Positions 57,812 through 64,000 of a DNA stretch of 64,000 nucleotides are shown piece by piece. The notes below the pieces were generated by a model, which worked only from the letters and a program-made list of their open reading frames with translations, did not search any database and was not told where the DNA came from. This stretch comes from Actinomycetota bacterium (GTDB taxonomy: Bacteria > Actinomycetota > Actinomycetes > S36-B12): assembly GCA_046046455.1 (NCBI GenBank), contig JBJOJS010000090.1, forward strand, positions 10,718 to 74,717. The letters run 5' to 3'. A program made the position numbers and the translations under genes. Each line of letters starts with the position of its first letter. Positions within the stretch are counted from its first letter, which is position 1.

Positions 57812-58456
57812 ATGCGCCAGGCCATGGCGGACTACGTCCGCTCGCTGCACCAGGCCTACCTCGATGCCGTGGCGACACTCCCTCCAGCCGAGCGTGCGCG
57901 ACTGCCCCTCATCGACGCCGGCCGGATCACGGTGGCCGCTGTCGGCGTGCGCATGCTGCACGTCATCGGCACGGTCGAGACGCTCCCGCCACCGCAAGGA
58001 CCCGAGGTCGAGATCGATGACTCCATCGACGATCTCGCGTGGAGCCTGCGATTCTTCGATCCCGTCATCGCACCGCCCCTCGGCATCATCGATGAATCCC
58101 ACGGGCCGCAGTACGACGAGGTACGTCGCGCACTCGGAATCCGGACCGTCGTCTATCACCTCGCCGTCCCACCCGGTGGCAGCCTCACAGCGCATCACGC
58201 ACTGCATGCAGGCACCGGACTCGCGCATGCGCATGCAGCAGCCGCACGCGACTTCGACGCCCTGCGCGCTCACGCCCCTGGGCGTGAGGCCTTGGTCGAT
58301 GAGATGCAGGGCGCCAGCATCGCCGGCCTCACGCGCGCCCAGGTAACCCTCGCGCTCGCGCTTGCCCCGGGACTCACGGGCGTGACCGTGGAGCCACCGA
58401 GCGATCCCGCCGAGGTCCGCCGCACGCTGCTCCAGCACCTGAGGAACCCCGCATGA
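57812..58456 (+). CDS. Hypothetical 214-aa protein translationally coupled to the IclR regulator
   Basis: Strong G/C preference at codon position 3 across the frame. The stop overlaps the IclR start as ATGA. Start is ambiguous, with in-frame ATG 57743, ATG 57764, GTG 57794, ATG 57812 and ATG 57824. No motif recognised. Confidence 0.55.
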   Translation: MRQAMADYVRSLHQAYLDAVATLPPAERARLPLIDAGRITVAAVGVRMLHVIGTVETLPPPQGPEVEIDDSIDDLAWSLRFFDPVIAPPLGIIDESHGPQYDEVRRALGIRTVVYHLAVPPGGSLTAHHALHAGTGLAHAHAAAARDFDALRAHAPGREALVDEMQGASIAGLTRAQVTLALALAPGLTGVTVEPPSDPAEVRRTLLQHLRNPA

Positions 58457-59277
58457 CCGAGACGCCCGCCCGCCGCCAGCACTCGACGCTGTCCAGCGTG
58501 CGCAACGCCGCGCGCCTGCTCAAGGAGTTCGGGCGCGGGGATCGCGACATCGGAGTGACCGAGCTCTCCCGACGTCTCGGGATCGGCAAGAGCACCGCGC
58601 ATCGACTCCTGAGCACGCTCGCCGAGGAGAGGCTGCTCGAGCAGGACCCCGACACGGGTGCCTATCGACTCGGCCTCGCGATGTACGAGTTGGGGGCATC
58701 GGTTGCCCTCCACAACGACCTCCACGAGGCCTGCTCCCCCGTCATCGACCAGTTGCGCAATGCCACCCGCGAGACCGTCCAGGTCGCTGTGCTCGACGGT
58801 CGCGAGGTCGTCTACGTCGAACGCCGCGAGAGTCCGCAGACGCTTCGCCTTTTCGGTCGCGTCGGGCATCGCAATGACGCGCACTGCACCAGCACCGGCA
58901 AGCTGCTTCTCGCGTACCTGCCCGAGGACCAATTGGATGCCCTGCTCCGCGGATGGCGGCTCGAGCGCAGGACGCCGTACACGATCACCGATCCTCGGGC
59001 ACTGCGCAGCGCCCTCGTGGAGATCCGCCGACAAGGCTGGGCGGAGAACGTCAATGAATCCGAACTCGGTGCCGCCTCCATCGCTGCTCCCGTGCGCAAT
59101 GACCGCGGTGAGGTGATCGCTGCTCTCTCGATCGTCGGACCGGTGCAGCGACTGGGCAGCGACTCACTGCGCCGCTTCGCCCGACCGGCGGTCGATGCTG
59201 CCATGGCCGTCAGCCGCCGACTCGGATACCGCGACCCCCGCGCCCCACGCCGATCAGCAGAAGAGGGATCCCCGTGA
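58453..59277 (+). CDS. IclR-family transcriptional regulator
   Basis: N-terminal wHTH (VTELSRRLGIGKSTAHRLLSTL) and a C-terminal IclR effector domain (GAASIAAPVRNDRGEVIAALSIVGP). Confidence 0.9.
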   Translation: MTETPARRQHSTLSSVRNAARLLKEFGRGDRDIGVTELSRRLGIGKSTAHRLLSTLAEERLLEQDPDTGAYRLGLAMYELGASVALHNDLHEACSPVIDQLRNATRETVQVAVLDGREVVYVERRESPQTLRLFGRVGHRNDAHCTSTGKLLLAYLPEDQLDALLRGWRLERRTPYTITDPRALRSALVEIRRQGWAENVNESELGAASIAAPVRNDRGEVIAALSIVGPVQRLGSDSLRRFARPAVDAAMAVSRRLGYRDPRAPRRSAEEGSP

Positions 59278-60065
59278 CCAGACCCGATGCGGATCAGATC
59301 CGCGAGATGTCCAGTGCCCTTCTCGCCGCCCGACGCGCACGCGTTCCGATTGCACCCCTCACCGATCGATTCCCCGGGATGACCGTCGAGGACGCCTACG
59401 CCGTGCAGCAGGGCCTTGTCGAGGGCCTGCTCTCCGACGGCGACTCGATCATCGGCTACAAGCTCGGCCTCACGAGCCGTCCGATGCAAGAGATGCTCGG
59501 CGTCGACCAGCCCGACTATGCACCCGTGCTCGGATCCACCGTCTACCCCGACGGAGGCGAAGTGCCCTGCGATCGCTACATCGCCCCGCGCATGGAGGCC
59601 GAGATCTGCGTCGTCCTCGATGCACCGCTATCCGGCCCGCACTGCACGGCGGCTGAGGCGTGGGCAGCGACCCGCGGTCTCATCGCCGCACTCGAGATCG
59701 TCGATAGTCGCATCGCGGATTGGAAGATCAAGCTGGCGGACACCGTCTCTGACCTCGCCTCCAACGGTGCCGTGGCCTTCGGGAGCCGAGTGGTCCCCCT
59801 GGACGACTTCGATCCCGCACTCATCGGCATGGTCTTCACACGCAACGGCGAGCTCGTCGCCACCGGCGCGGGGGCAGCAGCACTGGGTGGTCCCATCGAT
59901 GCCGTCGCCTGGCTGGCCAACACCCTGTTTCCGCTCGGGGTCACCCTCCCCGCCGGCGCCATCATCATGACGGGTGCCCTGCATGCGGCAGTGCCCTTCG
60001 AGAAGGGCGACGTCTTCCGCGCCGACTTCGATCGACTTGGCCCCATCACCCTGCGCACGATCTGA
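59274..60065 (+). CDS. 2-oxopent-4-enoate (2-keto-4-pentenoate) hydratase, DmpE/XylJ/MhpD-like
   Basis: FAH-fold hydratase/decarboxylase family (GYKLGLTS, EAEI, GAIIMTGAL). The hydratase rather than decarboxylase role is assigned from its position before the dmpF/G-like genes. Confidence 0.7.
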   Translation: MTRPDADQIREMSSALLAARRARVPIAPLTDRFPGMTVEDAYAVQQGLVEGLLSDGDSIIGYKLGLTSRPMQEMLGVDQPDYAPVLGSTVYPDGGEVPCDRYIAPRMEAEICVVLDAPLSGPHCTAAEAWAATRGLIAALEIVDSRIADWKIKLADTVSDLASNGAVAFGSRVVPLDDFDPALIGMVFTRNGELVATGAGAAALGGPIDAVAWLANTLFPLGVTLPAGAIIMTGALHAAVPFEKGDVFRADFDRLGPITLRTI

Positions 60066-60095
60066 TCGCACGACCCGACAGGAAGGGATCACGGC

Positions 60096-61004
60096 ATGCC
60101 TTTGCGATGTGCCATCGTCGGCTCCGGCAATATCGGGACCGATCTCATGGTCAAGATGATGCGCAGCGATCGGCTGCAGCTCACGGCACTGGTCGGCATC
60201 GACCCGGCGTCCGACGGCCTGGCGCGCGCCAAGGCCCTGGGGTTGGACGCTCCGCATGATGGTCCGGACTGGATCCTGGAGCACTCCGATGACATCGACA
60301 TGGTCTTCGACGCCACCAGCGCCTACGTGCATGTGCGATATGCCAAGAAGTACGAGGAAGCTGGGATCACGGCGATCGATCTGACTCCCGCCGCCCGTGG
60401 ACCCAAGGTGATCGCCGCGGTGAACCTCACAGAGCATCTCGACGCGCCCAACATCAACATGGTGACCTGCGGCGGCCAGGCCACCACTCCGATGGTCTAC
60501 GCGATCAAGCGGGCGGTGCCGTCACTCCCCTATGCCGAGATGGTGTCCACGGTGTCGTCGAAGTCCGCGGGTCCGGGGACGCGGCAGAACATCGATGAGT
60601 TCACCAAGACCACGTCAACGGCGCTCCGTGAGATCGGTGGCGCGGAGACCAGCAAGGCGATCATCATCCTCAACCCCGCCGACCCGCCCATCATCATGCG
60701 CAACACGGTCTTCGGGGCGCTGCCCGAGGGCACCGACCACGACGCCGTCCTGGAGTCGGTCTACGCCATGGAGAAGGATGTCGCACAGTACGTACCGGGC
60801 TACCGCCTGAAGAATCCGCCCGTGATCGAGGAGGGGCCGTACAACACGCCCGGCGGCGTCGTCCCACACCGGGTCGTCGTCCTGCTCGAGGTCGAAGGCG
60901 CCGGCGACTATCTGCCTACCTACGCGGGAAATCTTGACATCATGACCGCCGCTGCCATGCGCGTCGGCGAGGCCATCGCGGAGCACCGAGGAGTCACAGC
61001 ATGA
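60096..61004 (+). CDS. Acetaldehyde dehydrogenase (acetylating), DmpF/MhpF-like
   Basis: [15 protein letters not shown] motif and catalytic Cys in [10 protein letters not shown]. 4-nt overlap with the aldolase gene. Confidence 0.92.
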   Translation: MPLRCAIVGSGNIGTDLMVKMMRSDRLQLTALVGIDPASDGLARAKALGLDAPHDGPDWILEHSDDIDMVFDATSAYVHVRYAKKYEEAGITAIDLTPAARGPKVIAAVNLTEHLDAPNINMVTCGGQATTPMVYAIKRAVPSLPYAEMVSTVSSKSAGPGTRQNIDEFTKTTSTALREIGGAETSKAIIILNPADPPIIMRNTVFGALPEGTDHDAVLESVYAMEKDVAQYVPGYRLKNPPVIEEGPYNTPGGVVPHRVVVLLEVEGAGDYLPTYAGNLDIMTAAAMRVGEAIAEHRGVTA

Positions 61005-62029
61005 GCACCACCGACTACCGCCTCATCGACTCGACCCTGCGGGACGGATCGCACGCGATCAGCCACCAGTACTACGCCGAAGACGTCATCAAGATCGTCG
61101 AGGGCCTCGATCGGGCCGGCGTGCAGGTCATCGAAATCGCCCACGGTGACGGACTCGGCGGCTCCAGCTTCAACTACGGCTTCTCCGCCGTCCCCGAGAA
61201 GGAGCTCATCGCGAAGGCGTGCGAGACCGCACAGCAGGCGCAGATCGCCTGCCTCATGCTGCCGGGCATCGGCCTGGCTGACGACCTGCGCGAGGTCCGC
61301 GAGCTTGGTGTGTCCGTCGCGCGCATCGCCGTCCACTGCACCGAGGCCGACATCACCGAGCAGCACCTCAAGGTGGCCAAGGAACTCGGCATGGAGGCCA
61401 TCGGTTTCCTCATGATGGCCCATATGAACTCCCCCGAGGGCCTCGTCGAGCAGGCACTGCTCATGCAGTCCTACGGCGCTGACACGATCTATATCGCCGA
61501 CTCCGCCGGCGCCATGACGGTCGACGACGTGCGCCGCCGAGTCAACGCACTCGTCAAGGCCCTCGACATCCCCCTGGGCGTGCACGCCCACAACAATCTC
61601 GCGATGGCGGTCGCCAACTCCATCGCCGCCTACGAAGAGGGCGCGAAGAACCTTGACGGCACCTCGGCGGGACTCGGTGCCGGCGCAGGCAACTGCCCCA
61701 CCGAGATCCTGGCCGCTGTCTCCACGAAGTACGGGATCGAGACCGGTGTCGATCCCCTCGTGCTCATGGATGTCGCCGAGGAGGTCGTGCGTCCGATCAT
61801 GCCCCGCCAGCAGGTCATCGACCGCGCGGGACTGCTGCTCGGCTATGCCGGCGTCTACGGCAGCTTCCTCCTCCATGCCGAGCGCGCCGCCGACCGCTAC
61901 GGCGTCCCCGTCTCCGAGATCCTGCTCGAGCTCGGTCGACGCCAGGTCGTCGGCGGCCAGGAGGACATGATCATCGATGTCGCACTCGAACTCGCCCGCA
62001 AGCATGCCGAAGCGGAGGTGACCGCATGA
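61001..62029 (+). CDS. 4-hydroxy-2-oxovalerate aldolase, DmpG/MhpE-like
   Basis: [10 protein letters not shown] and [10 protein letters not shown]...HAHNNL motifs of the HMGL-like aldolase. Confidence 0.92.
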   Translation: MSTTDYRLIDSTLRDGSHAISHQYYAEDVIKIVEGLDRAGVQVIEIAHGDGLGGSSFNYGFSAVPEKELIAKACETAQQAQIACLMLPGIGLADDLREVRELGVSVARIAVHCTEADITEQHLKVAKELGMEAIGFLMMAHMNSPEGLVEQALLMQSYGADTIYIADSAGAMTVDDVRRRVNALVKALDIPLGVHAHNNLAMAVANSIAAYEEGAKNLDGTSAGLGAGAGNCPTEILAAVSTKYGIETGVDPLVLMDVAEEVVRPIMPRQQVIDRAGLLLGYAGVYGSFLLHAERAADRYGVPVSEILLELGRRQVVGGQEDMIIDVALELARKHAEAEVTA

Positions 62030-62805
62030 GCCTGCCCGCACAGGAGGCGGCCGCGCGGCTCACCACCGCGGTGCGGTCGCGTACGGCCACGACGGCGCTC
62101 ACCGGCGATTACGGCGACTTCGACATCCCCACGGCGTACGACGTCCAAGCGCTCGTGGTCGCCGATCGAATCGCCCAGGGTCATCGGGTGGTAGGCGCCA
62201 AGCTCGGTCTCACGAGCGAGGCGAAGCAGAAGCAGATGAATGTCAGCGAGCCGCTCTACGGCTGGCTCACGGATGACATGCGCATCGATCCCGGCGAACC
62301 ACTCGTCGTGGACCGCTTCATCCAGCCCCGGGTCGAGGCGGAGATCGCCTTCCTCATCGGTGACGACCTCGAGGGGGCTGATGTCGGCGCCGCCGACGTG
62401 CTGGCTGCCACCGCCGCCGTGATGCCCGCGATCGACGTGCTCGACTCCCGGTACGCGGGATACTCCTTCACGCTCCCCGACGTGGTCGCCGACAACTCCT
62501 CATCCGCCGGATTCATCACGGGATCCGCGCTGGTGGACCCGACGGGCGTCGACCTGCGACTGCTCGGGGTCGTCCTCGAAGTCAACGGACAGGTCATGGC
62601 CACCGCTGCCGGTGCCGCAGTCCTGGGTCATCCCGCGTCCTCCGTCGCCTGGCTCGTGCGCGCCCTGGCCCGTCGCGGGGAGGGACTCTCCGCAGGCATG
62701 ACCGTGCTCTCCGGAGCCTGTACCCCGGCCTTCGCCGTCACCCCCGGCGACACGGTCGTCGCCCGAATCGATCGACTCGGCACCGTGGAGGTCCCATGCC
62801 GCTGA
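62026..62805 (+). CDS. 2-oxo-3-hexenedioate (4-oxalocrotonate) decarboxylase, DmpH/XylI-like
   Basis: Second FAH-fold paralogue (GAKLGLTSEAKQ, EAEIAF). The decarboxylase role is assigned from its position directly before the tautomerase, as in dmpH-dmpI. Confidence 0.65.
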   Translation: MSLPAQEAAARLTTAVRSRTATTALTGDYGDFDIPTAYDVQALVVADRIAQGHRVVGAKLGLTSEAKQKQMNVSEPLYGWLTDDMRIDPGEPLVVDRFIQPRVEAEIAFLIGDDLEGADVGAADVLAATAAVMPAIDVLDSRYAGYSFTLPDVVADNSSSAGFITGSALVDPTGVDLRLLGVVLEVNGQVMATAAGAAVLGHPASSVAWLVRALARRGEGLSAGMTVLSGACTPAFAVTPGDTVVARIDRLGTVEVPCR

Positions 62806-63011
62806 TCCAGGTCACCATGGTCGAGGGCCGCACCCTCGAGCAGAAGCACGCACTCATCCGCAACCTCAGCACCGCCATGGCCGACACCCTCGAGGTGCCG
62901 CTCGAGCGCATCCGCGTCGCCATCTACGAGATCACCGCCGATGAGTGGGGCATCGGCGGTGAGCCCTTCTCAGTCGCGCGCCCCGGCGGCGTCGCACCAC
63001 CGGCCTCGTGA
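62796..63011 (+). CDS. 4-oxalocrotonate tautomerase family enzyme
   Basis: 71 aa beginning MPLIQVTMVEGRT (catalytic Pro-1 after Met removal) with a beta-alpha-beta pattern. Confidence 0.85.
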   Translation: MPLIQVTMVEGRTLEQKHALIRNLSTAMADTLEVPLERIRVAIYEITADEWGIGGEPFSVARPGGVAPPAS

Positions 63012-63400
63012 CACCGTCGCCTCCGGCGTCCATCTGGACGCCGACCTTCTCCGTCGACTCCGTGGCACAAGCGCCACGGAGGTACGACCACGGTGGCATT
63101 GGGGTGCTCGTCGCGATGGTTGACGAGGCGCCGCGTGCCGTGTCAGCCGACTGCCTGCACAAGGGGGCATCGCTGGAGGGCGGCGTCTGCCGTGACGGCA
63201 TCATCACCTGCCCCTCGCACTGGTGGCGCTACGACTTGCGCGACGGATCCCTCCAGGGCACCCCGGGGGCCGGACTCACCGTCTACCCTGCCCGAGTGCA
63301 CGAGGGCATCGTCGAGGTCGAGCTCCCGGTGGCGACACCCGCCCTGACCCTTCGGGAGACCCTCCTCGCGCACGCCCGCGGGGAGGACATGGATGCCTGA
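63008..63400 (+). CDS. Rieske-type [2Fe-2S] ferredoxin-like protein
   Basis: CLHKG ... CPSHWW (CxH / CxxH). 130 aa. GTG 63008 overlaps the tautomerase stop as GTGA. Confidence 0.75.
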   Translation: MTPSPPASIWTPTFSVDSVAQAPRRYDHGGIGVLVAMVDEAPRAVSADCLHKGASLEGGVCRDGIITCPSHWWRYDLRDGSLQGTPGAGLTVYPARVHEGIVEVELPVATPALTLRETLLAHARGEDMDA

Positions 63401-63914
63401 CTCCAAGCGATTCCCCGTCGAGGCCTTCGAGGATGTGCTGGCCGCCAATCGGGAGCATGCGGATACCTATGCGGGGAGCGATCTCACCGGTCGCGCCGCC
63501 CGTGGCCTCGCGATCGTCACGTGCATCGACTCGCGCATCGACCCGCTGAGAGTCGTCGGGATGCAGCCGGGCGATGTCAAGATCCTGCGGAATGCCGGAG
63601 CGCGCGTGACCGAGGACGTGCAGCGCACACTGCTGTTGGCGACCTATTTACTCGGCGTCGAGCGCATCCTCATCATGCCCCACACCGACTGCCGCATGGT
63701 CGGCTCGAGCGAGGCGGAAATCCACCTGACCATCCGCGAGGCCACGGGTGCCGACACGCGCAGCATCGAGTTCCGGACCAGCGATGACGTCGACGCCAGC
63801 CTCGGCCTCGACGTCGTGCGTGTGCGGGCCAATCCCCTGCTCCCCGCAGGAATCAGGGTCGGAGGAGCGGTCTACGACGTGCACTCAGGACGCCTGCGCC
63901 CCATCGAGGTCTGA
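63393..63914 (+). CDS. Beta-class carbonic anhydrase
   Basis: Zinc-ligand motifs CIDSRID and HTDCRM. Resembles the short mycobacterial beta-CA type. The start overlaps the Rieske ferredoxin gene by 8 nt. Confidence 0.85.
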   Translation: MPDSKRFPVEAFEDVLAANREHADTYAGSDLTGRAARGLAIVTCIDSRIDPLRVVGMQPGDVKILRNAGARVTEDVQRTLLLATYLLGVERILIMPHTDCRMVGSSEAEIHLTIREATGADTRSIEFRTSDDVDASLGLDVVRVRANPLLPAGIRVGGAVYDVHSGRLRPIEV

Positions 63915-63918
63915 GCGC

Positions 63919-64000
63919 TCAGGAGTATCGGGCCATCCGGGCGACCCGGACGTCGTACGCCCACGCACTCACCGCATAGTGGGGGAAGAAGTCGTTCTCC
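63919..64000 (-). CDS. 3' end of an unidentified minus-strand gene (partial)
   Basis: The minus strand reads ...ENDFFPHYAVSAWAYDVRVARMARYS then TGA (63921-63919). Too short to assign and absent from the ORF track because no start lies in the window. Confidence 0.3.
   Translation of the reverse strand, partial: ENDFFPHYAVSAWAYDVRVARMARYS

Noticed and set aside
57680-58438. Upstream 253 codons of the 555-aa minus-strand ORF that contains dioxygenase 2
   Set aside because: Both paralogous dioxygenases begin M(S/G)ILRLSHV, and ATG 57679 has a GGGAGGAG ribosome-binding site. The upstream part overlaps a plus-strand frame with better codon-position GC bias and ATGA coupling to the IclR gene.
63911-63922. 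12-bp perfect palindrome CTGAGCGCTCAG spanning the two convergent stop codons at the window end
   Set aside because: It is too short to argue for a terminator or binding site, and it is plausibly a by-product of two facing TGA codons (TGAGCGCTCA).
1-64000. CRISPR arrays, rRNA genes, insertion sequences, integrases, prophage or conjugation genes
   Set aside because: I noticed no regularly spaced direct repeats, no transposase/integrase/recombinase-like ORFs, and no terminal inverted repeats flanking the catabolic locus or the tRNA-Leu gene.

Overview
This is a high-GC actinobacterial chromosomal segment. Hand counts of single 60-nt lines give mostly 65-80% G+C. The taxonomic call rests on the mycothiol ligase mshC, an F420-type LLM oxidoreductase, SepH and the DUF3000/DUF3710/DUF3159/DUF4193 family genes. 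Nt 1 to about 48,000 hold tightly packed housekeeping genes in a conserved-looking order: gnd (partial), mshC, the SCO1664/DUF3090/phosphomutase trio, corA, uppP, one tRNA-Leu(GAG), a purine permease, msrB, rnd, dxs, acn, asnB, two trkA genes, dut, suhB-like, sepH, tdk, psuG/psuK and parC. Many gene pairs overlap by 4 nt at stop and start. I saw no rRNA, CRISPR array, transposase, integrase or phage gene. From about 48-49 kb to the end the content changes to an aromatic meta-cleavage catabolic locus. On the minus strand it carries two tandem extradiol dioxygenases, a histidine phosphatase, a split PEP-synthase-like dikinase (an ATP-grasp subunit plus a phosphohistidine swivel subunit, the phenylphosphate-synthase architecture), a lone Rieske oxygenase, a Cys4 miniprotein, a HAD hydrolase and an FprA-type reductase. 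A palindrome-rich 132-nt control region separates these from a divergent plus-strand set: an unknown ORF coupled to an IclR regulator, a dmpEFGHI-order lower pathway, a Rieske ferredoxin and a beta-carbonic anhydrase. The best candidate for an undescribed system is this combination of dikinase, phosphatases, Rieske oxygenase and ring-cleavage enzymes, with no carboxylase and no phenol hydroxylase in the window. All family names come from motif reading and memory of the families, since no database search was possible. Start codons I moved from the ORF track were checked for frame against the printed sequence.
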